From a virus: a DNA stretch of 64,000 nt. The notes beneath the pieces were generated by a model. It was not told where the DNA came from. It worked only from the letters and a program-made list of their open reading frames with translations, and ran no database searches. The stretch is taken from positions 10,377 through 74,376 of IMG/VR virus record IMGVR_UViG_3300029908_000017; one strand, given 5' to 3'. Shown here in pieces: positions 20,400-32,272 of the stretch. Position 1 is the first letter of the stretch; the number at the start of each line of letters is the position of its first letter. The position numbers and the translations under genes were made by a program.

Positions 20400-21489
20400 T
20401 CAAACGGATTTCACATCCTCTATTAATTTCCGCTCTTCCAATTTATTAGCCAAAGAAGATAAAGCGATAACCAATTCGCGAGCTTCTTCAATATCCAAAA
20501 GAAGATCAGAAATAATGTTACCCTCTTTCATCTTTTTAACACTGACCAGATATTCGAAATCAACATCTTCTCGTATTATAAGTTTATTACCCGTACCCGT
20601 GTCTAAATTGATTACTTCGAAAACAGTATCGGTTACATACTTCTTGCCCATATTCATAGATTAAATTTTTCTTGAAGAGTTTTAACTAATTCAGTCAACT
20701 CTTTCTTGTTTAGTGTTAGAATGTGAGTTAATTCAGCAGTTTCATCGATATGTTCAATTCGGTAACTAACAGCTTCAATCTCCTGATCGAAAAATTCAGT
20801 TACTCTTAACCCCGCTTCATTTTCATCTAAAAAGCTATGATTGTTTTCAACGTTCATCTTTAAATTCCTTTAATGCTTTAATGAATTCATCAATCATTTC
20901 TTTTCTAATGTCCACACCTTGTTCACCTTGGAAAATACGAATATACTTATAACAATCTTTATGTGTTCTTAAACTCACCATTGTATCGTCGTCTAACGAT
21001 GGGTCAAAACAAGTTATATCAACCTGTTTGTTCACTATTATATTCATTAAATAGGTTCCAGTTCTTGATTATTTTTAATTGTAACTCCTACATCGGCATT
21101 TCCAAATTTTGCTGCCTTGTAATACAAAACAATGGCATTTGGGTCTTCTATAAAATTATGCTTTTTCCTTCCAATAATCTTACGAAGTAATCCTAATCGT
21201 GGATGCTTAAACATTTGTCCGAATTGTATATCATCAAAAATCATTTTTTACTATTTGTTAGATAAGGATTTGGTTCATCCCATATACTTGCGTCTTGTAC
21301 AGGTGACAATACAATTTCATAATCTTTCGCATTATCAATATTTCTGAGCCGTGATTCTGCTACACGTAGGTCATAGAGATAATAGTGTTTATCCTTAAAG
21401 ATATCAATTCGTTCATCCGCATCCCATCCTGCAAAAAATTTTCCTTCTTTATTACGAATGGCAAACATTTGTTTTTTTACTTGTGACAT
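20400..21489 (-). CDS. Five small hypothetical genes
   Basis: Coupled ORFs of 65-85 aa between the helicase and polymerase genes. Confidence 0.55.
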
Positions 21490-21490
21490 A

Positions 21491-22912
21491 TTAATTGGTT
21501 ATAGGGTTTGGTGGTAATGGCGATCCTTCTACAGGAATAGCTGTTCTAACTAATTCATTGTTGGATGATACAACTGGTAAATGATCATTTGAAGAAAATC
21601 GTAATTGTCGTTGATTTCCATCACCTAAGGGAGCTTCATCTTTGATATCCATTGTTTCAAATAAGGCTTCATGTTTTAATTCAAAGTTTGGAGAGTGCCG
21701 GGCTTTTAAAGAATGAATATTCATTAACGGGTGATTAGCATTCTTACGTCCAATGACAATTACTAATCCACACTTACGCATGGCCCCTTTAAAACCAGCA
21801 ATCTCCTTACTTGTATAGTTTAGCCGCATGTCGGTCAATTGATGAAGAATTATTAAAGCAAAAGCTTTCCTTCCTCCCAATAAACCAGACGTTAATTTAA
21901 ATAACGCTAATAAAATACTTTCATACATCTCCCAATTGGATTTTGTTTCATTATCTGCCTTCATGAATTCTAACTGATCGATTACAATTTCGTCAGGCCA
22001 GAAATCATTTTCCTCGCAATATTTAAGTAGTAATTCATTTAACGTTGAGGGAGCTAGAGGTGTTACATCTCGAAGATCGAAAATTCGTAAATTATTGATT
22101 AAAGCGTTATGTAAATCACTATCTAGTTCATCAAGCTTTCTTTGTAAAAACTCTTGTTCTACCACCCCTCGATAAAGGTTGGTATAAGATATCTGTAAAA
22201 CGTTGGCGTAAAATCTCTGTGTCACATTAATGGCAGGTTCTTCCAGACTTAAATATAGTACTTTTTTACCAGATGTAGCTGCATTTTTACTGAATACAGT
22301 AGCAGCGGTTGTCTTACCCCCTCCAGAAGCTGCCATAACTAACGCCATCTCTTGTACACCAAATCCTTGAATGATTGCGTCGATTCTAGTCAGCCCTGTA
22401 GGAATGAAGTCAATGTGGCTACGCCTGACAATACTTTCAAATGGGTTGATGACTTGAACATGTTCATGAGCATCCGAAATAGTAATGTCATCTACCAATT
22501 TTGCATATTCTTTGGCTAATGTATCTAAATCGGATTTATGTGTCATCTGCAACCGTTGTCCACGTTTCAATTTAAAGAAACTAGGAAGATTACTGACTAC
22601 ATATTCCGAACTTAATTCAGTGTTATATATCTGAGCAATGAATTCTGTTAATTGACCAATATCTGTACCAGTAAACTTATTATCATTTAATCTTGTACCT
22701 ACCGCATTAATAAATACATCGTAGGCAATCGGTGAATTATTTATTTCCAGAACAATGCCAACAAATTCACGATAAACTCGAATACCTGTTACTGGGTCAC
22801 CAAAATCATCAACACTAATTTTTAAATCTTTGGCTTTTTGAAAAGTTGCGCGATCCATTATTAGATGTTTGATAACTATTTCAATAAACTCTGGAGAATC
22901 AATTGTTAGCAT
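21491..22912 (-). CDS. DnaB-like replicative helicase
   Basis: IPTGLTRID, Walker A AASGGGKTT, YLSLEE, IVIDQLE, HQL and KARH. Confidence 0.9.
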   Translation of the reverse strand: MLTIDSPEFIEIVIKHLIMDRATFQKAKDLKISVDDFGDPVTGIRVYREFVGIVLEINNSPIAYDVFINAVGTRLNDNKFTGTDIGQLTEFIAQIYNTELSSEYVVSNLPSFFKLKRGQRLQMTHKSDLDTLAKEYAKLVDDITISDAHEHVQVINPFESIVRRSHIDFIPTGLTRIDAIIQGFGVQEMALVMAASGGGKTTAATVFSKNAATSGKKVLYLSLEEPAINVTQRFYANVLQISYTNLYRGVVEQEFLQRKLDELDSDLHNALINNLRIFDLRDVTPLAPSTLNELLLKYCEENDFWPDEIVIDQLEFMKADNETKSNWEMYESILLALFKLTSGLLGGRKAFALIILHQLTDMRLNYTSKEIAGFKGAMRKCGLVIVIGRKNANHPLMNIHSLKARHSPNFELKHEALFETMDIKDEAPLGDGNQRQLRFSSNDHLPVVSSNNELVRTAIPVEGSPLPPNPITN

Positions 22913-23460
22913 AATCTTGATAAGTCGAACTTTTTTTCTTTAAGAAAATGTAACAACGCTTCATCGATTGGAAATACCTTTGACTTATATTTATCGATTA
23001 CTTCTTGTACAGGTTCTTTGGTGATTAGAATACGAAACCAATTTTTCAGATTTACATAATCCTTCATTAACGCCTGTTCAACTGTAAGGCCAGATTGTAT
23101 CAGATTACGTAGATAGGATAATTGTGTTTGGTATAAATCTTCGTAAGCAATGGGTGTTTCATTAATGCAATTCTTTTGTACATATTCTCTATATTTACTC
23201 TCTGCATATTGGGTATGAAGAAATGAAGATTGAAAATGATCAATGTTCTTAATATTATTAAACTGAGCTTTGACGAACAATACAGGATCAGCATCAATAC
23301 GGTAGCAAATTTCTGCCGCTTTTTCAAACGCAGTAATATCTTTACTACCGTATTTATACCAGGGTAATAACTTTCTGGCTTCTTCCTTAAAAGATTCGGC
23401 AATACTTTCTTTTAATCCATTAAAAACATGAATATCCATTATTGCGGAATAGTTGGACAA
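22906..23460 (-). CDS. Hypothetical replication-associated protein
   Basis: Overlaps the helicase start; context only. Confidence 0.55.
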   Translation of the reverse strand: MSNYSAIMDIHVFNGLKESIAESFKEEARKLLPWYKYGSKDITAFEKAAEICYRIDADPVLFVKAQFNNIKNIDHFQSSFLHTQYAESKYREYVQKNCINETPIAYEDLYQTQLSYLRNLIQSGLTVEQALMKDYVNLKNWFRILITKEPVQEVIDKYKSKVFPIDEALLHFLKEKKFDLSRLC

Positions 23461-24131
23461 TCTGAATAATTAGGATTATGAATTAGTGGATTTACCTCAC
23501 CAAAAGATAATTCTGCTTTAGTTACAACCGGTACTGTATAAAACTCGTAATTTGTATCTAGCTTAACAATCATGTTATGTCCAATTGCTTGATCAGGTTG
23601 TTTATCAAAACTTCTTTGATAAATAATATGGTCTTTCTTATCATCAGGTAGCTTATCCCTTAATACACTATCCCATATAAATATGTCATTATGTTCATAT
23701 TTTTTACCATCAATAAAATAACTAAATTTGCTTTCATGTTTAGTTTCAATAACTTCCAAATTTTCTTTCTTTACTACTTCTTCAAAAGTAATAGGGTCTA
23801 GTATCTTTGGAACCGAAGACTGTTCAATAATCGGTTCATCCACAACCTTCGCTACTTGCCCTTCTTTGATATCTGAAGCTGCGATATATATGATTGTATT
23901 ATTCGATGAACAATTTTTCAGTTCATTCAACAATCGGTTATTTTCTTTGATAAGTTCATAAATAATAATACTTAGTTCAATTCCAGTAAGCCCTTTTTGT
24001 TTTACCAGGTTTTTAGCATTCCGGTAAATGAAATGATTATTAACGGCCCATTTATGGAAGTTATCTAGGTCATCATAAATTTCATAATCTGGTTTGTCTA
24101 GATTGATACTTGGAAATTCTGGTTCGTTCAT
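23439..24131 (-). CDS. Protein with a C-terminal multiubiquitin-like beta-grasp domain
   Basis: FSYFIDGKKYE...LR...IYQ...PDQAI...VKL...EFYTVP pattern. Confidence 0.6.
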   Translation of the reverse strand: MNEPEFPSINLDKPDYEIYDDLDNFHKWAVNNHFIYRNAKNLVKQKGLTGIELSIIIYELIKENNRLLNELKNCSSNNTIIYIAASDIKEGQVAKVVDEPIIEQSSVPKILDPITFEEVVKKENLEVIETKHESKFSYFIDGKKYEHNDIFIWDSVLRDKLPDDKKDHIIYQRSFDKQPDQAIGHNMIVKLDTNYEFYTVPVVTKAELSFGEVNPLIHNPNYSDCPTIPQ

Positions 24132-25054
24132 AATTTGCTTTCTATAATTTTCTGTACTTGTTTGTGAGTTAGTTCGTCAGGACTTTTAACTCCATAATCT
24201 TCTGGATTAATGTTTATTGTTTCTCGCCCATTAAACCGAAGTTGTGTTAAGTGGATATCCGCTTCTTCTTGTGCATCGGAATCGAGGAAGAATATAATTC
24301 GCTTCCAGTTGTTTTGCAACAACTGTATTTGCTGTGAAGATATTCCCTTACCCAACGTCGCCACACCTGCTGAAGGATGTTTCCACGATTTTTTTATGCC
24401 CTCAAAAGTTACGACGTATTCTGATTTTTTTGCATTATCAAAGTTGTATAAATAATTTCCTTTATTAAATACATGAAAATATTTCATTTTTTTGAATCGT
24501 TCACCATTAGGTGTACCGGGTATAAACCTACACTGCCATCCAACCAATTCTTGATTAAAGAAAACGGGAAATACGAGGCTGTCAAATGGTCGAATGATTG
24601 TTGGTTTGTCTTCACCTTTATCAAACTTTATTTCTTTTTCACAACCCTCAGGAATAAAGTAGACCCAGTACTTTTCGAATAATTCATCAAAGTTATAAAA
24701 ATGATCTTTTTTCAGAAATTCAATAGCTGGATGATTAATGGCTAGTTTATTAATCGGTATAGCTGTAGAAAATGGAAACTCACGCGCTTGAGGATGTTCA
24801 TAGTTTTCATAGTCGTCAGTCTTACCTGTGAATTCTATTTTCTCACCCAATAGATCATCCAGGAAAATATACTCATTACATATAAAACAATGGCTGCTAC
24901 TTACATTCGGATGTACGTATCTCCTCATTTTTTTACCGTGTGCTACATCACAAGTTAAACAGTTGATGCGCATCCATCCCTGATTACCCTCTCGGTATTT
25001 AAACCCTTTTTGTCTTAATAATGCTTTGAATTCCTTGGATGATCCAATATTCAC
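24128..25054 (-). CDS. DNA primase (Zn finger plus TOPRIM)
   Basis: CLTC...CFIC, GWQCR, YLYNFD, TFEG, ATLG and LDSD. Confidence 0.88.
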   Translation of the reverse strand: MNIGSSKEFKALLRQKGFKYREGNQGWMRINCLTCDVAHGKKMRRYVHPNVSSSHCFICNEYIFLDDLLGEKIEFTGKTDDYENYEHPQAREFPFSTAIPINKLAINHPAIEFLKKDHFYNFDELFEKYWVYFIPEGCEKEIKFDKGEDKPTIIRPFDSLVFPVFFNQELVGWQCRFIPGTPNGERFKKMKYFHVFNKGNYLYNFDNAKKSEYVVTFEGIKKSWKHPSAGVATLGKGISSQQIQLLQNNWKRIIFFLDSDAQEEADIHLTQLRFNGRETININPEDYGVKSPDELTHKQVQKIIESKL

Positions 25055-25179
25055 AATTATTAAAGGTTAGTCTGCCCGTAAAATACGAAGAAAATAATGC
25101 CTATCAGACACAAGGCACAAACGAAGACAATTAAATCGGTTCTGCCTGTATAATACAAATGATCTTTTTCCATAATTTT

Positions 25180-26652
25180 TTAAGCTCCATCAATCGGATT
25201 ATAAATATTCCAATCAATATCTTGCACTTTATTCACGATTACTACTTTCCATCCTTGAGACAGATAATGTTCTTTTCGTTTTTCTGACATATTTAATAAC
25301 GCCTCGTCATGTTCATCCCAAAAATCAATAACGTTAAAATGATGTTTTGGGGGTACATTCAAGGCTAATCGTCGATCTTCTGTTAGTACACGGCTTCCTC
25401 GTAATGCTTCCTGCAGTACTTCAATTACACTCGAACCACCTGTGGCCTGAATGACTACACGACAATTTGGATTATCAAAACCTGCTCGTAAAACATCCGA
25501 AGAACAAAGGAATTGTACTTCGTTGTCCACAAACTGTTGAATATTCCTGGATTGCTCTTTTGGTGTCAATGCCAGTTCTTTAATTTCAGACTTATTAGAA
25601 TTACGATGAATAATTTTTGTTTCAGGAGGTAAAAAGGTTATCAAATTCTTTAAATGATTTTTTACCTGATCGATGAAAATCAATGTCTGCCGACTTTCTG
25701 GAATTACCTTACAAACATCTCCAATCAGTTTATTACGAACGGTATTTTTCAGGATACCTTCTCGTAATTTCTTTTCCATGCTTCCTCCAATAGGCATCTG
25801 CTTACCTGCAGGTACTTTGATAAAGTAAACTACACATGGAACAACCGCACCCATTTTAATGGCTTCTGGATAATTAATAGTAATTAAAGGCTCTCCAAAA
25901 AACCCTTTCAATACTTTATCTGCTTTCGAAAACAAACCTTGATCAGTGGCAGTATAACCAAATATTCGTATTGGCTCAATCCCTCCAATGATTTCTTGAA
26001 TTTTGTCACCCGCTGTTCCTTGAAGTTCATCAATCAATAATAGCTGTGTTTTTTCTAACGAACAATTTTTCAAAGATGAAAATGTAGTTATAGTAACATC
26101 GTTACTTACATCGTTAGCTCCCCCACCGATACGACCAACATGCTTGTGAGGAAAAAGTTCTTTGAACAGTTTATAAAGCTGCTCAACTACTTCTTTATAA
26201 GGAACAGCAACTACGGTATTTAATGAATTCCAAGCTGCGTATGTACTAGCTATACAACGACTTTTACCAAATCCTCCACAACCTTTAAACATTCCACTTT
26301 CAGATTTGCCTGCGTTTAAAAAGTTAATTAATGGAAGAATCTGGTAATCTCGTAATCCTACGTTTCTAACTGCCATCCAATCAATTTCCGGCATCGGTGT
26401 ACGGCGGTCTTCAACTTTAGGTGTATCTAAATTCTTTTGGATTAGCTTTATGACTTTAGTATAAAACCCTCGAAGAGTAAATATACCCCCACTACCATCC
26501 AGAGAATATAACAATAATTTTTGATAATCGTCTACTTTCTGCCAATTCTGTGTTTTGAATGAACGTTTAGTGTATTGTAAATAACTAAGTAAATAAGGGG
26601 GAGCAGGGGTTATCCATAATCCTTTGTCTCCCCTTATTATGTTAATTTCCAT
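25180..26652 (-). CDS. SF2 helicase (UvsW-like)
   Basis: LRDYQ, GGFGKS, IDELQ, YTAT, GFDNP and RGSR. Confidence 0.88.
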   Translation of the reverse strand: MEINIIRGDKGLWITPAPPYLLSYLQYTKRSFKTQNWQKVDDYQKLLLYSLDGSGGIFTLRGFYTKVIKLIQKNLDTPKVEDRRTPMPEIDWMAVRNVGLRDYQILPLINFLNAGKSESGMFKGCGGFGKSRCIASTYAAWNSLNTVVAVPYKEVVEQLYKLFKELFPHKHVGRIGGGANDVSNDVTITTFSSLKNCSLEKTQLLLIDELQGTAGDKIQEIIGGIEPIRIFGYTATDQGLFSKADKVLKGFFGEPLITINYPEAIKMGAVVPCVVYFIKVPAGKQMPIGGSMEKKLREGILKNTVRNKLIGDVCKVIPESRQTLIFIDQVKNHLKNLITFLPPETKIIHRNSNKSEIKELALTPKEQSRNIQQFVDNEVQFLCSSDVLRAGFDNPNCRVVIQATGGSSVIEVLQEALRGSRVLTEDRRLALNVPPKHHFNVIDFWDEHDEALLNMSEKRKEHYLSQGWKVVIVNKVQDIDWNIYNPIDGA

Positions 26653-27223
26653 TTTTTGAAGATTGTTCGATTATTTCATGATAAACCCTAAAAGAATCAC
26701 TTGAATATTTTCGCCAATGCTCTCTACCTGGGATATCCCCACTCAAGCACATTTCCGAAATATTATAGTAATATTCTTTTGCTAAAGACAAGGCATCCAA
26801 TGTAACTGCGAGATCACTATCTGTCAAGATTACGTTAACGCTTTTAATGTCGTTACTCATTACTCTTATAACATAGGTTACTGTTTAACGCTCCTGGCAA
26901 TTTACATGTATTTAAATACCAAAGTAGTGACTTGGCAAGCTCATCAGCAGGTAATCGGAGAATCTCTTTATATAAATCGCTATATTCCCAATTTTTGAAA
27001 TTCACGGATACTAAGCCCAGACTTATCTCTTTATTGACCCACTTTTCCAGTTTACTAATATTATTAATGTTTTTCATATATCTCTACTATATCTACCACT
27101 GTTTCAAATATTCTACTCCACTTCGTCATGAATCCTTCAGGCTTATTCGGTTTAGGTTGCTCCGATAATTCTGCAATTTTCTTTACACCTTTACTTGTCG
27201 CTCGTAACTTTTTGACTAGATTT

Positions 27224-29299
27224 TTATTCATACTCCTTGTCCAAGTCTATAACATGGTCAACAACATCTGCCAACTTTTCAGAATGATCGATAATGAACA
27301 CTTGTTCGAATTGATTTCTAGGAAATTGCCGAATCATATCAAAATATATTTCTTGATTGATTTTGTGTAATCCAGTAGAACCTTCATCGATGATTATGAA
27401 ACTGAAGTTCTGCGCAAAAAGTTGTAGCAACGCCAGTCGTAAACACAACCCGATAATCATGGCTTGCCCTCCCGAAACAATAGGAAGCCTATGTCCTTCG
27501 ACATTAATTACATCAATACCAAAATCGTCATTAACATTTGCCGTATAAGGAATATTGAACTTTACCAAATTTTGAAGTAAGTAATCTGTAACAACATATG
27601 AGTATTTTTGAATGACCTTTTTCGCAAACTGATTAGCGTGAAAGGCATCGTACAAAGCAAGTAACGATTTTTCTAAAATATTCCGTTGTTGATTTCGTTT
27701 AATATTCGTTTCCGAATTTACAATACGTTGATTGAGATTACTAATCTCTGCATTCAATACAGAAACGGCTTTATCAATCTCCTGTTTTTCAAGTATCTTT
27801 ACTTTATATACCGAAGCGTCATAACTAGCTTGTTGCAATAGCTTATGTAACTCTTCTTTACCCAAACTTGTAAATTCAGTATTTAAACTATTTCTAAGGG
27901 CCTCGCTGGCTTTAATATCTTGTTCAATTAACATAATGTTATGTACAAAAATATTAATATCCTTCGATAGCTTATCTAGTTTACTATAAGCAGCAATATA
28001 CAGTTGATGTGAACTTTCGTCATATTCAACATGAGTATATTTCAATAACTCAGTTTGAATAAACTGATAATTATTAGACAGTTTATCATATGTTTCTTTA
28101 TGCTTAAGATAAGGAGTGATCTTGTCCCTCTGCAAAGTTAAATCGATATTTGAACGAAGAACCACATCTTGGTAACCTGCTAACTCTTCACGAAGGATCT
28201 TTATCAGATTCGCGATTACATGAATATCCTGCCCACACGTTGGACAGACTGCTTTATCCGTTAATGAGGAATATTTACGTAACTTAGCATTTGCCTCAAC
28301 AATATTCTTCTCCGCTAAATTTATTGTTGTGTGGAGGGCTTCAATTTGAATTCTTAACGCATTAATATTCTCATTAATATTGTTAATATCAAATTCTTTT
28401 AGTCTTTTTTCAACATCAGCAGATTGATTACTTAATGCATTACGGCTCTCCATTCGAATTTTACATTCTTCGAATTTCGCCAACTGTTCGGAAAGTTGGC
28501 TTAAACTAAACGGTGCGTTCTTTAGTTCTGCTTCAAACCCTTCTTTGATCTTTTGCTCGCTGTTTAATTTATTGAGTAACTGCGTGAGCTTAAGATTAAT
28601 CTCTTCTTGCTTAACAATATTAGCCAAAGTGAATTGAATATCCCGAATTTGATTTTCCAAAACACGATAACCATCCAATGTTACAAGCGTATAATCAGCA
28701 GATTTGATCTTCTGTAATACAAGACTCTCGTTTTTGATAAGCAATTCTGCCTCGATTGCCTGTACATCGTCCACAGGAAAAGGAGGAGGAAGCGTTTTGA
28801 TATAATCCTTCCAGATGATATCTCGTAACTTCTCGGTATTGGGTACAAGAAATATCTTTTGAAAGATACTCGTTCGTTCTGCTTTACTTCCTAGAAATAA
28901 TTTAGGAATCTCTCCCTGTCTGGCAATAATGATATTATTGAATATCTCAGAATTAATGTTTAGTAGCTTGTCCCAGAATTCTTTGACTTCACTAGATTTC
29001 TTATATTCCTTACCTGCATATTTTAAAATGACCTTAGACGTGTCTAAATGCCTTTCTAAGTAAACTTCCTTACCTTCGTGTGTGAACTTACCAGAGACAT
29101 AACCTGTCACCTCCCCGACAGTTATAGCCTCCTCTTTGGTGCCTTCAATGTCACCTGTACATAAAAAGGATATACCTTCAACAATTCTTGATTTTCCTTT
29201 ACCGTTTGATCCAATAATACCAATAATCCCTTTTGAAAAATCAAAACATCTATTTTTAAAGACTCGAAAATTCTTAAAATAAAGTTTTTCTAGAATCAT
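27224..29299 (-). CDS. SbcC/Rad50-like ATPase (start moved to MILEKLY)
   Basis: GSNGKGKS, RQG Q-loop, coiled coil with CPTCG Zn-hook, SGGQ signature, IIDEG and H-loop. Confidence 0.92.
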   Translation of the reverse strand: MILEKLYFKNFRVFKNRCFDFSKGIIGIIGSNGKGKSRIVEGISFLCTGDIEGTKEEAITVGEVTGYVSGKFTHEGKEVYLERHLDTSKVILKYAGKEYKKSSEVKEFWDKLLNINSEIFNNIIIARQGEIPKLFLGSKAERTSIFQKIFLVPNTEKLRDIIWKDYIKTLPPPFPVDDVQAIEAELLIKNESLVLQKIKSADYTLVTLDGYRVLENQIRDIQFTLANIVKQEEINLKLTQLLNKLNSEQKIKEGFEAELKNAPFSLSQLSEQLAKFEECKIRMESRNALSNQSADVEKRLKEFDINNINENINALRIQIEALHTTINLAEKNIVEANAKLRKYSSLTDKAVCPTCGQDIHVIANLIKILREELAGYQDVVLRSNIDLTLQRDKITPYLKHKETYDKLSNNYQFIQTELLKYTHVEYDESSHQLYIAAYSKLDKLSKDINIFVHNIMLIEQDIKASEALRNSLNTEFTSLGKEELHKLLQQASYDASVYKVKILEKQEIDKAVSVLNAEISNLNQRIVNSETNIKRNQQRNILEKSLLALYDAFHANQFAKKVIQKYSYVVTDYLLQNLVKFNIPYTANVNDDFGIDVINVEGHRLPIVSGGQAMIIGLCLRLALLQLFAQNFSFIIIDEGSTGLHKINQEIYFDMIRQFPRNQFEQVFIIDHSEKLADVVDHVIDLDKEYE

Positions 29300-29733
29300 T
29301 TTTTTATTTAATTGTTTTACCCAATGAAGGCAATGATTGAATAGTCGATTCGATAATATTACGCACAGTAGCTTCAATTCGATTAACAAATTCGGGAGAT
29401 ACTCTGGTAAACTCATGATGCCGTTTTTGGGCTAATTCTAACGCCAGCTGTTTTACAGCCTTCTTATTTAATAGACTCATTCTAACTCCTTGATTTTCTG
29501 GTAATCGTTTACAATTTCGTCATGAGATGCCTTTACCCAAAAATACCGTAAAATATTCTTAACATCTGATTCGGTGAGTCTTGCAGCCTGATGTTCAATA
29601 ATATATTCTATCATTTCATCACGGTCTAATTCAAAACAGGTAGATATATCCATTTTAACTTAACCAATTATATTTTGTTACCAATCCCGCGATAAGAAAC
29701 AGCAAGACCATACCAATCGCAAAAAGTTCAATT

Positions 29734-30772
29734 TTATTCATTTTTATTACAATCCTTACATAAACATCTTAACCAATTTGTCCCTACAATTTTTCCGTCT
29801 CTGCCACAACTTTCACAAGTTATGCTAGATAGACGTTCCGCGAAATTCACTAATCCACAAATAAACTCATCACCTCCGTAATAGTAAAAACGCAATCCAC
29901 CAAATTTTTCTTTTACTTGTTGGGCTACTACTTGTTTTACGGCTTCTGGTTCTTCTCCGAGAATAATAGAAGAATCAATTATCGCATTTGAAATTCTTTT
30001 TTCTTTTTCCTCTTCTGTACTGACGTATTTATAATAATTTTCCAAATATTCTTGAAAAGTATTATTTTTCTGCATTTCTGCAATTTTACGTTTTCGCTGT
30101 AAATAGGAGTAACGATTTTCTCTTGAATATTTAATATGGCTTTGAATACCTTCACACAATAGGTCTAAAATTCTAAACCACCCATCATTATGCTCAAAAC
30201 CCCGATACATACATGAATACCGTTCAGTAGCATAACAGTATTTAAATATTTTAGGATATTTTTCACATAATTGCTTTTCAAGTTCAGGACGCATAATCGT
30301 CGCCCCTATCTTCATCAAAATCACTGGTTATTACAATATAATCTCCAATTTGAAAATCGCCATTACCTTGAGCTAAAACGACTCCACCTTCAATAATTTG
30401 AACTAGATTATAGCATGTAAAATCACTAATACTCCTGACTAATTCTTCTGGAATAACTGATAGAAGACCGGCATCTACAGGCAGATATCCAATAGTTTTT
30501 CCATTCCTGTCGATCAATGGATAACGTCCATCTCCATAACAAGTGTTACAAATAAATACTACATGACTATCAATTGTTACGAATAAACCCTCTTCTTTTA
30601 TATCAACACCCTGATCCTCGTATTCAAAAAGGATGCTACAAAACGTATCCCAAAAACCAGGAATACCTCCAAAAACATAACAAGGGTCCGTGATAACTAC
30701 ATTACCTTCAAACTTATACTTAGTAATATTTAATTTTTCAATTTTCATTTCGCTTTTCCACAATACGGACAA
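29734..30772 (-). CDS. Two conserved-type phage hypothetical genes (29734-30324, 30284-30772)
   Basis: QVKEKFGGLRFY plus a CxxC..CxxC ribbon in the first; ITDPCY..YGDG..VDAG in the second. Confidence 0.65.
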
Positions 30773-30890
30773 TACCCTGTTCCATACGCATTAAAATTTA
30801 AAGTTGTCTTACAATCCGGACAAATTCCTAAAAGAACAATAATTAACTTTCTGAACCAATAACGACTACGACAATACACTTTTCTAAAAA

Positions 30891-32006
30891 TCATAAATAA
30901 TTAGCTTTAAACTTATTCAAAACATCTTTAGTTGTACCTGAATTCAAACTATCTAGACATTCAATACCTAGCTGATAATTTTCATCTGTAAAAGTTCCTG
31001 ACTCTACTAACGTAGCCTTAAAGATATCAGAAAGATTATTGTTAGTTATTTCCGAACGAATATTCACGTTTTCAATAACTTGGTTATTCTCCTTCAATAA
31101 TGTGGTTTTAACAATGGCATGTTCATAAAGAAATACAAATTCAGGCAACTTGTTAAACATTCCTTTACTGTATTTTAAGATATATACAGGACGTTTACCT
31201 GTAGTACTTAAACTATGTTGAAGTTCTTTAATTTCTTTATTTTTGAAACTCTGTTTGTCTTTTTCAAATTCCTTATAGCTATCATCTGTAAGATCGAAAT
31301 AATGAAAGTTACGAATCAATGGATATTCAATAAAGTTTAGTTTATTACCATTCCAATGAATATATCGTTTTTGATTAATCTCGTCTAACTTGGTTACACC
31401 TAGAGAGCCACAATAACCTAGAAACTGTCCACTCGATAAATACTTATAAGCTCCTGAATGAATATCCCCTGCAATAATACCTTTAAGAGTAGGATGATTA
31501 ATGACAGTTTCTTCCCAGTTAATATGTAATGTTTTTTTCTCTTCGCAATAACCAAACAACAGTGGTTCTTGGTAATGTAAGAATATAAATTCAACAATAT
31601 CTTTTTTTAGGTTTAGCTGTTCGGTTAGTTTTTGCAAAACTGCTTCAGAATTATCGCTATAGTCTACTCCTACAAATGTAGACTCAATATTTACAGATTC
31701 AAAATCACAGATGTTTTCCCAGTCCTTATTATCAATTTGTTTTGAATGATCGCCTGAGATAGCTACAGGAGTTATGTTATTTGATTTAAGTTTTTTATTT
31801 AGTGTCTTAACAAAATCTATTGAATAGGCAGTGGGTTTATTTGTGTCGAATAAATCTCCACAAGAAATAAAATATTTAACCTTTAACTGTATGGCCTTCA
31901 ATACAGCTAATTCAAGATAGTCGTAAAGGTCTTTCTTAAGCTCTTCATTGTTAAGTAGTGCTCTCTCTAAATGTACATCGGATACAACTAAAAAACTATT
32001 TGTCAT
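30891..32006 (-). CDS. SbcD/Mre11-like metallophosphoesterase nuclease
   Basis: SDVH, GDLFD, GDHS, GDIH and YCGS motifs; near SbcC. Confidence 0.9.
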   Translation of the reverse strand: MTNSFLVVSDVHLERALLNNEELKKDLYDYLELAVLKAIQLKVKYFISCGDLFDTNKPTAYSIDFVKTLNKKLKSNNITPVAISGDHSKQIDNKDWENICDFESVNIESTFVGVDYSDNSEAVLQKLTEQLNLKKDIVEFIFLHYQEPLLFGYCEEKKTLHINWEETVINHPTLKGIIAGDIHSGAYKYLSSGQFLGYCGSLGVTKLDEINQKRYIHWNGNKLNFIEYPLIRNFHYFDLTDDSYKEFEKDKQSFKNKEIKELQHSLSTTGKRPVYILKYSKGMFNKLPEFVFLYEHAIVKTTLLKENNQVIENVNIRSEITNNNLSDIFKATLVESGTFTDENYQLGIECLDSLNSGTTKDVLNKFKANYL

Positions 32007-32272
32007 ATTACTCCTCTTCGAATTAAGTCATTAATATACTTTTCTTCCATTTCTAGAACTTCACTTCGAATATCACTAAAAAATTGCTTACCATCATAAT
32101 TGATAGTCGCAACCCATGTCTGAAGGTTATTATCGAATTCTATTGTAGAAGCGCGTTCCACAGTAGCATTACCAGCTTTCGATTTTAATTTATCTACAAG
32201 ATTCGAATGCAGAGCTTTGATTGTACCGGAAGAATTTATAAATATGCTTTTATAATTCTTGATGAAGCTCAT
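32003..32272 (-). CDS. Small protein of the AAA/DUF1257/DUF2997 module
   Basis: RASTIEFD..W.ATI...F..RSE.L..E pattern; overlaps the DUF2997-like gene. Confidence 0.55.
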   Translation of the reverse strand: MSFIKNYKSIFINSSGTIKALHSNLVDKLKSKAGNATVERASTIEFDNNLQTWVATINYDGKQFFSDIRSEVLEMEEKYINDLIRRGVI

